Assembly: GCA_963700275.1 (NCBI GenBank) | Contig: CAVOWZ010000011.1 | Span: 452,144-516,143, forward strand | Reading direction: 5' to 3' | Origin: an uncultured Bacteroidales bacterium | Lineage (GTDB): Bacteria; Bacteroidota; Bacteroidia; Bacteroidales; VadinHA17 | DNA: 64,000 nt | Shown: in pieces, positions 1 to 8,681 of the stretch | Layout of the letters: every line of letters begins with the position of its first letter | Numbering within the stretch: the first letter of the stretch is position 1 | Program-made: the position numbers and the translations under genes | Notes under the pieces: model-generated | The model's input: the letters and a program-made list of their open reading frames with translations, nothing else | Told to the model about the DNA's origin: nothing | Database searches by the model: none

Positions 1-651
1 ACTTGTATTGTTTGTTTCCGGAAGTAAAATTGAGGAGGAAGCCATCCGGGGGTGATAGTTGACATTTCACCGGATGCTCCCAGTTCAAAAAGGCGTATAT
101 CGCGACTTATTCCCAGCCAGATGGGACAGACCTGGTCCCTGGTATGGAAAGCTGCCGAATCAAATGATTCTTCCGGTTCATTCCCAATCTTTTCAAGCTT
201 TGTCCGGGAACCGCGGTTCCGGATATCTTCTGCAGTCTGAAGGTACGACCGTTTATCATCTGACCCGGAAACCACAACATTATATTCGGGAATATATACC
301 GGATATTCATTTGTTACATCGCGGAGGAAAAAAGAAAAGGAATGTGGGCCATTATAAACAGAGACTACTGTAGCACCACTTCCATAATCTGTGTGTGTAT
401 TTTTCAGAGATACTTCAATTATTTCAGATCCGGCTGAACTGAAATCGAATTTATTTCCCTTGATTTTAGCTCTTCCCCCGAGAAGTGAAATCTTTTCCAG
501 TTCTCCGTTAGATACTTCAATATGCCCGGCAGGTTTTTCATTCAGCCATTTGACAGCTATTTTCTGATTATAATTTTCCTGACCTGATGTTTTTATTGTG
601 AAAACGCCTGAAAAACATAAAATCAGAAAGAGCCATTTTATCATTTTCATT
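1..651 (-). pseudogene. N-terminal part of a secreted protein of unknown function that runs off the left edge; the signal peptide and mature part are in different frames
   Basis: The ATG at 651 gives MKMIKWLFLILCFSGVF and stops after 27 codons. The adjacent frame is open from about 600 to position 1 (TIKTSGQENYNQKIAVKWLNEKPAGHIEV...) but has no start codon of its own. The frame switch is near the T-run at about 596-603. It is absent from the ORF track because no stop lies inside the window. Confidence 0.45.
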
Positions 652-792
652 TTCCCGGTTTTTATAAATCAGTACCTGTAATTTCAAAGCTGAACGTGCA
701 CTATAAGCTTCCATTTAAAAAGATCCAAATACTGTTCAGCGATTTGTCTGGTTATCCGATAATCTGAAAATCCCGGGTTCAAACATGATGAA

Positions 793-2172
793 TCAAGGGA
801 TATATCCATCCGAGAGGGTTTTCATGAAGCCGACAATTGCAGATTCCTCTTCCGCTGTCAGTCCCAGATTGCCCAGTTCGGTCCTGTTCATATTCCTTGT
901 TACCTCAGGTTCCGGCCAGCAGTTAATACCAGGTTTCGGATCTGATACTTTTGAAGGGTATGGAAGGACATCACGCGTATTATAGAAATGTACTATTGCT
1001 TCAAGGCTTTTGAAATAACCATTATGGCCGTAACATTTAATAAAACCCGGTGAAGGCCTTTTATCAACGTTCCTCAGGGTAGGGACCTGGTGTTTTCCGT
1101 AGTTTTCTTCGGCATATTTCGCAAACTTCGGCATTTCCATAAGAGCTTCTGCCAGGCCCGGATCTATCCAGTTCTTTCCGTCTTTATTAATTGTTGCGTC
1201 CATTGAATACCACGGATTCTGTGGGTTTTTAGGCATACCCAGGTTATCGAAAGTGAAATCGGTAAACAGCGGATGAGTCCCGTCTTTCCCTTTTTCCAGG
1301 CTGTGGCACTCAGCGCATTTTGCCTTACCCCTGAATAATTCAAGTCCCTTCTGCTCTGTGGCCGATAACTTCACTTTACCTCTGAGGTACTGGTCAAATT
1401 TTGAAGAGAATTCATTTACCTTTCCGGAATGCTCGAAGGCTGCGATAGCTATTCCTATTATGTCGAATTGAAGATCAACCTCTTTAACTGCGCAAATATC
1501 TTTTATCTTCCAGATATCATTTCCAACTTTTTTAAACATGTCTGAATATTCTGACCGGCATACCTTTTCAACCAGAGTTTTAGCATCGGCAATATTTTGT
1601 TCAACAGGATTCAGGAAAGGTCCCTGTGCCTGATCTGCTGCAGGATTCCCAAGTTTTTCGCCTGTTGCGCGTCCATCCCAGAAGTTACCGCCGACAAACA
1701 CAGTTTTCCCGTCTTCATTGACTGCATGGAAGACCGGACTCAGTGATGCGTAGGCAGAGCTATTTGGTTTACGGTTTCCATAACGCTCATGAACAGCTCC
1801 CGGGTAAACACCTCCGGTTTTGTTAACCGGTTCATCCGGACCGGTCCATCCGACTTCAGGACCATGACATGCTGCACATGACTGTCCTTCGGGTGTTGAA
1901 AGATTTGTATCGAAAAAGAGTTTTTCTCCAAGGATCTGAAGATCTTTATTGTCCAGAAGCCGATCGATTTCCATTGGTAACTTCTTCTGGCTCCCGGGTG
2001 TCTCACTGAATTTTGCAGAAAGAAGAAGTATTATAATTCCTGCAAAAGTGATGTAAAGAATGTATAATCCGGATCGTTTCTTATCCGGGTAATATGGTTT
2101 AACATTTTGCTCAATATGAGCACTCTGTCCTTTTAATTGTCCAGACCGGCCAAATTTTTTCGAGGATTTCAT
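793..2172 (-). CDS. Di-haem cytochrome c peroxidase / MauG family, N-terminal membrane anchor
   Basis: 459-aa ORF with two CxxCH haem motifs (CAACHGPEVGWTGP and CAECHS), a GNFWDGRA motif and an N-terminal TM helix. Confidence 0.85.
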   Translation of the reverse strand: MKSSKKFGRSGQLKGQSAHIEQNVKPYYPDKKRSGLYILYITFAGIIILLLSAKFSETPGSQKKLPMEIDRLLDNKDLQILGEKLFFDTNLSTPEGQSCAACHGPEVGWTGPDEPVNKTGGVYPGAVHERYGNRKPNSSAYASLSPVFHAVNEDGKTVFVGGNFWDGRATGEKLGNPAADQAQGPFLNPVEQNIADAKTLVEKVCRSEYSDMFKKVGNDIWKIKDICAVKEVDLQFDIIGIAIAAFEHSGKVNEFSSKFDQYLRGKVKLSATEQKGLELFRGKAKCAECHSLEKGKDGTHPLFTDFTFDNLGMPKNPQNPWYSMDATINKDGKNWIDPGLAEALMEMPKFAKYAEENYGKHQVPTLRNVDKRPSPGFIKCYGHNGYFKSLEAIVHFYNTRDVLPYPSKVSDPKPGINCWPEPEVTRNMNRTELGNLGLTAEEESAIVGFMKTLSDGYIP

Positions 2173-2410
2173 AAGATAAAAATTATGGAAACAGCATTTT
2201 AATTAATTCAGGAACTTATATGTCCTTATAAGCATATCCGTAATATATTGATAATTAATATTATATCGAAAAGATACTTATTTAGTATAGAGCTGTAGAT
2301 ATAAAGGTACAAAAAATAAATAATACGTTGTGCAGTTAAAATTTAAATAAGGATCATCAAATCAGAATATAAATATCAGCTGCCAGAAAATGCAAATTAT
2401 AACTTTTTCT

Positions 2411-2530
2411 TCATGACAAGATTATATGAATGATCAATCCATGATAATATTCATTATCATGGATCGAACCATCTGAATGTATCGTATTCCAGTGTTTTTT
2501 ATTCATATGGTTTTTAATTATACTGTCAAG
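2411..2530 (-). repeat. Decayed copy D of the mmcQ/yjbR 3' end plus cassette junction
   Basis: The minus strand reads CTTGACAGTATAATTAAAAACC-ATATGAATAAAAAACACTGGAAT... and translates as HMNKKHWNTIHSDGSIHDNEYYHGLIIHIILS*. It is near-identical to yjbR at 4961-4980 over ATGAATAAAAAACAYTGGAA. Confidence 0.8.
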
Positions 2531-2553
2531 AAATTGAAAATGGATATATAAAA

Positions 2554-3189
2554 CTATTTCTTATATATTTTTGGCGTAAACCCATCTGGAACGTTTATCG
2601 TCTCTGGTAGATGATTCATATTAGGCATTGAAAAATTTGGAGCAGGTTCTTTCATAAAACCTACAATAGACAATTCAATCTTTGATGGACTTTCATAATT
2701 ACCGCCATTAATTTTAATAAGACATTGAATTGAAGATACTGCGTCAATTACTGGTAATTGGGATGTAAAATATTTGGGTTGCCAAATCCCAGGGTTGAGA
2801 GGTAGAAATAAGAAGTCTTTTGAAAGATCCAGATTTCCATCTTTTACTTTAATTTCAAGTATTACCAAAAAAACAGGATAAGGATTATTATTTCTTATAA
2901 TAATAGGTAATTCTCGGTCTGCTTTAGCAGGGATAATGATTTCTGATGGGGTGACAAAAATTCCTTTATATTTCGCTTCGTTACTCTTATCAATACTTTC
3001 TTTAATGCCAATATATGCACCTAAAATCATTAAAACAATTGAAAATAAATTCATTGAATTATTAATCCATTTAAGAGTCTTTTTGAATTTAATTCTTTCC
3101 TCTATTTTCTTTTTAAGGATTAAATTATAAATACCTAACAAAGCACCTCCACTGAAAAAAAATATACCTGCCAATAAAAGGATATTCAT
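2554..3189 (-). CDS. Hypothetical membrane-anchored protein (cassette 3 ORF)
   Basis: 211-aa ORF with two N-terminal hydrophobic helices followed by a soluble domain. It is AT-rich and I recognise no family. Confidence 0.5.
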   Translation of the reverse strand: MNILLLAGIFFFSGGALLGIYNLILKKKIEERIKFKKTLKWINNSMNLFSIVLMILGAYIGIKESIDKSNEAKYKGIFVTPSEIIIPAKADRELPIIIRNNNPYPVFLVILEIKVKDGNLDLSKDFLFLPLNPGIWQPKYFTSQLPVIDAVSSIQCLIKINGGNYESPSKIELSIVGFMKEPAPNFSMPNMNHLPETINVPDGFTPKIYKK

Positions 3190-3287
3190 AACAATATTAT
3201 ATTTATTCGAATTTCAAAAGAGTCTATTAATAATCAAATTTAATATGTAAATAGACAGGAATCAGTGTTATAAGGTCTTAGTCGGCT

Positions 3288-3412
3288 TATTTCCAATAAT
3301 CAGAGGAATGATCTATCTACTCAAATATCTCTTTATCAGGAATAGATCCATCTAAAAATATTGAATTCCAGAGTTTCTTGAATAGTATGATTTTTAATTA
3401 TAATACTATGTC
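3288..3412 (-). repeat. Decayed copy C of the mmcQ/yjbR 3' end plus cassette junction
   Basis: The minus strand reads GACATAGTATTATAATTAAAAATC-ATACTATTCAAGAAACTCTGGAAT... and translates as KKLWNSIFLDGSIPDKEIFE*IDHSSDYWK. It is the same unit as copies B and D. Confidence 0.7.
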
Positions 3413-3448
3413 ATTGGATTTGAATAATTTAGATTGTGTAAATATATT

Positions 3449-3757
3449 TTATTCCTTTGCAAATCCAAATACGAAAACTGGATTTGTAATATCATCACTC
3501 AATATAGCTATGTATTGTTTCCATCCTACAGCAGTTGAAATTGGATTAGCTTTATACAGTTTACCAATTTCATAGTTTTTAATATCAACGCTTATCGCAA
3601 AATAGCTTAAAGAATTTTGAGTTTCAACAAAATAAAGATTTTTTATACCAATTGTTACTAAACAATTATTTCCTTGAAAATTGATAGTGCCTTCAACATT
3701 ACCTTTAATATATTTACTATTAAAATTACCAGGATTATAAATAGTATTGTCTCTCAC
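3449..3757 (-). CDS. Hypothetical protein (cassette 2, distal ORF), in frame with the upstream ORF across a TAG
   Basis: 102-aa ORF with a GTG start. It is in the same reading frame as 3806-4111, separated by a single TAG (3806-3808) and 16 sense codons. Confidence 0.35.
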   Translation of the reverse strand: MRDNTIYNPGNFNSKYIKGNVEGTINFQGNNCLVTIGIKNLYFVETQNSLSYFAISVDIKNYEIGKLYKANPISTAVGWKQYIAILSDDITNPVFVFGFAKE

Positions 3758-3805
3758 TCCAAAAGTTGTATATCCTCCAGGGAATGATTTTTCTAATAAG
3801 TTTTT

Positions 3806-4111
3806 CTATAATAGTTGATAAATTTCAAGATACTTTTTATAATCATTATTTAGTAAGAAATCCTGTCTCAATTGAGAAACATTTTGTTCAATTCGAACAA
3901 CTCCCTTGTTAATTGGCTCAATGTCTTTTTTACTGACCCCTAGTTTAAAAAAAAAGTATCCGATTAAAATACCGATAATACCTGAGATAAGATGTGGATA
4001 TAAAAAATTCATAATTTTTTTTAATTTACCTTCTCGTGCCTTACTAGGAATTTTTGTATCTTTTTTTATTTGTTTAGGCCTAAGATATTTAGAAACAGGT
4101 TTTTTATTCAT
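3806..4111 (-). CDS. Hypothetical small membrane protein (cassette 2, proximal ORF)
   Basis: 101-aa ORF with a basic N-terminus followed by one TM helix (LISGIIGILIGYFFFKLGV). Confidence 0.4.
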   Translation of the reverse strand: MNKKPVSKYLRPKQIKKDTKIPSKAREGKLKKIMNFLYPHLISGIIGILIGYFFFKLGVSKKDIEPINKGVVRIEQNVSQLRQDFLLNNDYKKYLEIYQLL

Positions 4112-4221
4112 ATAGAAGACAAAAAAATATTAACCAATGTATTATGTAGTTTGCTTGATTTACAAAGAATCCATTAAAAATACAAATATATTATATAAAT
4201 GGAAGGAAATTAGTACAATAA

Positions 4222-4360
4222 TTACTTAAATAAATTTTCCCTAATAACCAAATTATAGGAGTTATCAATCCACACAAGTATCTCATCAACAGGGATATAT
4301 TTATCAAGTATAATAGTGATCCAATGTTATTTAATCATAATGTTTTTGATTATACTATCC
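4222..4360 (-). repeat. Decayed copy B of the mmcQ/yjbR 3' end plus cassette junction
   Basis: The minus strand reads GGATAGTATAATCAAAAAC-ATTATGATTAAATAACATTGGATC... and translates as HWITIILDKYIPVDEILVWIDNSYNLVIRENLFK*. Confidence 0.75.
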
Positions 4361-4370
4361 TAAAATAAAT

Positions 4371-4835
4371 TCAATTTTTCTTTTTCTTTCCTTTCTTATC
4401 ATTGTCATTCAAAATCACTAATTTCCAGTTTACAATACCAATAAGGATTTGTTGTCGGAAAACAATTTTCCTTCCCGCTTGTCGACCAGCAGTCCATTTC
4501 ATATTTGAATGAATAGTCTTAAATAATTTTTCCTTAAGCGTACGGTCAACGGGTTGGAATGTTCTGTAATTAAAATCTTCCCCTTCACAATTGATAATAA
4601 AGTTTATCCTAATAATATCGCCGAAATTTATATGTTCAAATTTAATATCTATCGAATTATTAAGTATTTCTTCAAGCTGGCTAAATGAAATATTTGGAAT
4701 AGGTGGTTCTTCACAAACTACAAAGACACCAGCTGTGGTATCGCAAAAAGGTTGCCCATACAAATCCTCCCTTGTTAATAAGATAATGATTGTATTGATC
4801 GTTAACAATGAAATGAGTATTCTTTTATGACACAT
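4371..4835 (-). CDS. Hypothetical secreted protein (cassette 1 ORF)
   Basis: 154-aa ORF with an N-terminal signal-like hydrophobic segment and a Lys-rich C-terminus. It has a weak resemblance to TonB-C-like folds (EEPPIPN...), which I cannot confirm. Confidence 0.5.
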   Translation of the reverse strand: MCHKRILISLLTINTIIILLTREDLYGQPFCDTTAGVFVVCEEPPIPNISFSQLEEILNNSIDIKFEHINFGDIIRINFIINCEGEDFNYRTFQPVDRTLKEKLFKTIHSNMKWTAGRQAGRKIVFRQQILIGIVNWKLVILNDNDKKGKKKKN

Positions 4836-4869
4836 TGCTGTCAGTACTTTAAGTTTAATTTATTTAAAT

Positions 4870-5191
4870 TTATTTTTTCATTCTAACTAAATCATATGAG
4901 TGGTCAATCCATTTAAGTATTTCATTATCAGATATTGTACCGTCAAGTACTAAAAGTGTTCCAATGTTTTTTATTCATGTGATATCCCGGGATGACTGCA
5001 GAATATCTTTCCCTCAGTTCAAGTGCAAGAGAAGGGTCACATTTCAGATTGATGCTCAGATCGCCGTCGAGATTTGCCAAAACGAATATTTTTCCTTTTG
5101 CTTTGAAAACCAGAGTATCATCGCCAAAGGGAAGGCTTTCGGTAACATCATCCTTTGAAATACAATATTGTCTCAGGATCTCTATATTCAT
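4870..5191 (-). pseudogene. yjbR: MmcQ/YjbR-family DNA-binding protein with a 1-nt frameshift near codon 78
   Basis: ORF 4943-5191 (MNIEILRQYCISKDDVTESLPFGDDTLVFKAKGKIFVLANL...GYHMNKKHWNTFST*) has YjbR-type sequence. The family C-terminus (LLVLDGTISDNEILKWIDHSYDLVRMKK*) continues in the +1 frame to 4870. The total span is 322 nt, which is 3n+1. Confidence 0.7.
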
Positions 5192-5213
5192 ACACTTAAA
5201 ATTTTAAAGATTC

Positions 5214-5358
5214 ATATTCTGTGTATACCCTTTGTGAAATCCTTAGTGCTCTTTGTGCCTGCCTGCCGTCAGGCAGGGTTAAACAAAAATGCTTACTTAA
5301 CCACAAAGGGCACAAAGGTTTACACAAAGGACACAAAGGAATGCAATATACAGAATAT
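5214..5358. repeat. About 145-bp palindromic intergenic element built from CACAAAGG-type octamers around a central GC hairpin
   Basis: The left arm cctttgtgaaatccttagtgctctttgtgcc is the inverse of the right arm ccacaaagggcacaaaggtttacacaaaggacacaaagg. The centre is cctgccgtcaggcagg. The outer flanks atattctgtgtata and tatacagaatat are also inverted. Confidence 0.75.
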
Positions 5359-5465
5359 TCTCCAACGGAATCCCGGCTTTTCAGAATCAGAGATGCATAT
5401 TTCCCGGAGCGGGAACAATAAAGAAGAAAATATTACATTTACAGAAACCAAAAACCTCAGATGAT

Positions 5466-5873
5466 ATGAAAACCAGAATCCTTGTTACATCATTAGTACT
5501 TTTAATAATGGTTGCATGTAAACCTAAAACTCCTGAGCAGACTGAACAACCAACAGCTGCTGTCCAGACAGCTGAATATCAGAAAATGATAACGGCCAGG
5601 GTGTTTATCAAGGCGGGCAAAGAGGCTGATTTTATTTCAGCAGCAAAAATGATGATTGAAAATTCAAATAAGGAAGAAGGTTGTCTGGGATATATGCTGT
5701 ACCAGGACCCTTATGAAAAAACCAATTTCATATTTGTTGAGAAATATGTAAACCAGGCTGCAATTGATTTTCATTTCGGCACATCATATTTTAAGGAATT
5801 CGGGACGCTGATTTCCGATATGACAAGCAATCCGATGGAGATCAAAATTTATGATATAGCAGCGGAAAAGTAA
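5466..5873 (+). CDS. Lipoprotein with antibiotic-biosynthesis-monooxygenase (ABM) domain
   Basis: 135-aa ORF with a lipobox LIMVAC. The ABM-like core is ARVFIKAGKEADF...GCLGYMLYQDPYEKTNFIFVEKYVNQAAIDFH. Confidence 0.7.
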   Translation: MKTRILVTSLVLLIMVACKPKTPEQTEQPTAAVQTAEYQKMITARVFIKAGKEADFISAAKMMIENSNKEEGCLGYMLYQDPYEKTNFIFVEKYVNQAAIDFHFGTSYFKEFGTLISDMTSNPMEIKIYDIAAEK

Positions 5874-5956
5874 TAATACTTTATTTCCTATTTCTGCAAG
5901 ATCTCCGCTGAGGGGTAATGAGCATAGCCGTATAGTCCACTTCTGATGAATCCGTT

Positions 5957-6112
5957 TCAACCACCCCGGCCGGGAAAGCAGAATTGTAAACATTATAAAA
6001 TCAGCAATCCCGGCCACCTCCCGCCTAAAGCGGGAGGAAACTTATTTGTTTATAAACCAGATAATTACAGTAGTTTTCATTATCAAAATATTCATTAAGT
6101 TGACGGCTATGA
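5957..6112 (+). repeat. MITE-like intergenic repeat, copy 1
   Basis: The sequence tcaaccaccccggccgggaaagcagaattgtaaaca...atcagcaatcccggccac-[hairpin]-aaacttattt...ccagataattac...gttgacggctatg aligns over its full length with 11140-11295. Confidence 0.8.
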
Positions 6113-6130
6113 GGTAATGAGTCCTGGAAT

Positions 6131-7015
6131 TTAAAGTTCCTGAGGCTTATCGTGTCTTATGAATGTATTGTTGTCCAGATCCCTGAATGCTTCTTCAAGT
6201 TCTTCCTGGGTGTTCATAACAATGGGTCCGCCCCAGGCAACAGGTTCCCTGAGCGGTCTGGCCGCTATAAGGAAGAATCTTGCTCCGGCGGGACCGGCTT
6301 TGACTCTCACTTCATCAAAATCAGAACTTTCTAATGATGAAGCTGACATCAGCATGGCACAGGCTTTTTCCTCAAACTGCGATAATTCTTCATCAGCAGC
6401 CAGGGTTCCGTCGATAAGATAAAGGAACAATGTCTGGTCATTTGAAGTTTCGTTATATGTCCAGATGCTGTCCGGTTTCAGATCAACATCGAGATACTGA
6501 ACCTTCACATATTCTCCTTTAACTGCACCAGTCTTGTTTTTGTATCTGCCCGATAAAACCCTGACAGTTGCATTTTCTTCCTCAACTTCCTGAACATCAT
6601 GCTTCTGAATATCGCGGTATGCAGGTTGTGTCATTTTATCCTGTTTCGGCAGATTGACCCACAGCTGGCTGCCAAGCATTCTTTCCGATGCCATTGGCAT
6701 CTCCTGATGAATGATCCCTGATCCTGCAGTCATCCACTGACACTGAAGATCACGGATAAATCCTTTATTCCCGAGACTGTCGCCATGCTCAATATCTCCC
6801 TTTAGAAGGTAAGTGACAGTTTCAATACCACGATGGGGATGCCATGGGAATCCTTTTATATAATCCTGCGGATTTAAAGAATCAAATCCATCAAGCATCA
6901 GGAAAGGATCAAAATCCTTTACTGTTCTTAATCCAAGAACTCTTCTTAAACGAACTCCTGCTCCGTCAATTGCATGTTGACCTCTGACAACCTGTGTACA
7001 TTTTCTTACAGTCAT
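6131..7015 (-). CDS. Pirin-family protein
   Basis: 294-aa ORF with the motif HPHRGIETVTYLLKGDIEHGDSLGN and a bicupin layout typical of pirins. Confidence 0.85.
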   Translation of the reverse strand: MTVRKCTQVVRGQHAIDGAGVRLRRVLGLRTVKDFDPFLMLDGFDSLNPQDYIKGFPWHPHRGIETVTYLLKGDIEHGDSLGNKGFIRDLQCQWMTAGSGIIHQEMPMASERMLGSQLWVNLPKQDKMTQPAYRDIQKHDVQEVEEENATVRVLSGRYKNKTGAVKGEYVKVQYLDVDLKPDSIWTYNETSNDQTLFLYLIDGTLAADEELSQFEEKACAMLMSASSLESSDFDEVRVKAGPAGARFFLIAARPLREPVAWGGPIVMNTQEELEEAFRDLDNNTFIRHDKPQEL

Positions 7016-7078
7016 ATTTTTTATTTCAGTAATACCTTATTGATCTTTTATATTCTTCGCGAAGTACAAATAAACTGA

Positions 7079-8515
7079 TCAGACCTCTTTTGGCATGTTA
7101 TATGGTTTTCTCCCGCCGTCGGGCCGCGAGAGGTAAGAATCTGCGTCAGGATCATTGACAAACTTCTCAGTTTTTCCGTCAAATACCAGTTTCCTTCCGG
7201 TACGGTATGCGATATTACCCAGATGCATCATAGCTGTTGAAAGATATCCTTCTTCAATTTCGGCGATAAGGTCTTTATTATTCCTGCTTTTAACGCAATC
7301 GACAAAATTCTGGAAATGGAAATCAATACCTGCCTTTGTAATTTCATCATATCTGGGATCGGGTTCAAGATCTGCCTGTGTGACTGTTATCGTAGCTTTA
7401 TTCGACCTGTCCTGCTGAGCGCCTGTGCTGAATGCTGCAGTTCCTGTCTGCCCGGCGACAGCCGCTTTCTCACTTCCGGTCTGGAATACCTGGAAGGTGT
7501 TGCCAACGGTACATGCATAGCCTTTGGTACCTAGCCACAAAATACCCCATGGATCATTCGGTGTGGGGAGGCTTCTGACTTCAAGTTCAAGTATTGCGCC
7601 GTTTGCATATTCAAATGTTGCGACCTGCAGGTTGGGAACATCCTGGTCCGACTCATCCGCAAACGCGTAAAAGCCTCCGCAGCATGCAATTTTTGACGGG
7701 TGTTCATTTAAATTCATTGATAATCTGATAAAATCCATGTAATGAGTCCCGTTATTTCCGAATTCGCTTGTACTTGTATCCCAGTACCAGTGCCAGTTGT
7801 AAAGGAAGTGGTTTTCATTGAACGGCATAATCGGTGCCGGTCCCCGGTAAAGATCCCAGTTAACACCCTGAGGAACAGGACCATCAGGCTTTTTGCCAAT
7901 GCTCGGACGTGAACGGTAAACAGTTCCCCTGCCCATATAGATATCTCCGATCACTCCTTCGCGAAGAAGCTGAACAGCTTTTTTGTTAACCCTGTTTGCC
8001 CTTCGCTGCGTTCCGGCCTGCACTATTTTGTTGTATTTCCTTGCAGCCTGAACCATTTTCCTGCCTTCATCGATATTATATGAAATTGGTTTTTCTACAT
8101 ACACATCCTTCCCTGCCTGGCAGGCATTTACTGTCATAATTGCATGCCAGTAATCAGGCGTAGCTATTGTAATAATATCCAGGTCCTTGTTCTCAATCAT
8201 TTTCCGGTAATCGTTATATGTCGATGGTTTTGCACCACCCAGCTTTTCGATATCCGTCACCGCCTTCGGTAAAAGATAATCCACACAGTCACAAATTGCT
8301 GTTACCCTCGTTTCCTTTATTTTAGTAAAGTTAGCCGTATGTCCTCCTCCTCCGTAAAACCCTCCGCGGTCATTTATTCCAATAACCCCGACATTAAGAA
8401 TATCACTCGGATTAATCCTGGCATATCCTTCTATAAATGCCGGGGCTCCCAGTGCTATTCCTGCTGAAGCCATCACAGACTTCTTAATGAAAGTGCGCCT
8501 TTTCTCTGTTTTCAT
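7079..8515 (-). CDS. TAT-exported Gfo/Idh/MocA-family oxidoreductase
   Basis: 478-aa ORF with a twin-arginine signal (KRRTFIKKSVMASAGIALGAPA). It has an N-terminal Rossmann segment (NVGVIGINDRGG) and an EKP motif (VYVEKPISY). Confidence 0.8.
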   Translation of the reverse strand: MKTEKRRTFIKKSVMASAGIALGAPAFIEGYARINPSDILNVGVIGINDRGGFYGGGGHTANFTKIKETRVTAICDCVDYLLPKAVTDIEKLGGAKPSTYNDYRKMIENKDLDIITIATPDYWHAIMTVNACQAGKDVYVEKPISYNIDEGRKMVQAARKYNKIVQAGTQRRANRVNKKAVQLLREGVIGDIYMGRGTVYRSRPSIGKKPDGPVPQGVNWDLYRGPAPIMPFNENHFLYNWHWYWDTSTSEFGNNGTHYMDFIRLSMNLNEHPSKIACCGGFYAFADESDQDVPNLQVATFEYANGAILELEVRSLPTPNDPWGILWLGTKGYACTVGNTFQVFQTGSEKAAVAGQTGTAAFSTGAQQDRSNKATITVTQADLEPDPRYDEITKAGIDFHFQNFVDCVKSRNNKDLIAEIEEGYLSTAMMHLGNIAYRTGRKLVFDGKTEKFVNDPDADSYLSRPDGGRKPYNMPKEV

Positions 8516-8681
8516 AATTGTGTTATTAAAACTGTTATAACTTACAAATTAACAATATTATCCGTTCGGTTATACTGATATATAGCTTTACCCGTAAAAA
8601 TAATGAATCTGTCCAACTGATTGAACTACACCCTGTTTTTTTTAACTTAGCAGGAAATAAATACTTTCAGAACAGATTTTA

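Noticed and set aside
1740-2006. An 88-aa minus-strand ORF inside the cytochrome c peroxidase gene, and similar nested ORFs throughout the track
   Set aside because: They are alternative-frame ORFs fully contained within longer ORFs that have clear family motifs.
5168-5464. ORFs encoding HKGHKGLHKGHKG / TKGTKVYTKDTKE-type peptides
   Set aside because: They are translations of the CACAAAGG octamer palindrome (5214-5358), not genes. The same repeat reads open in several frames.
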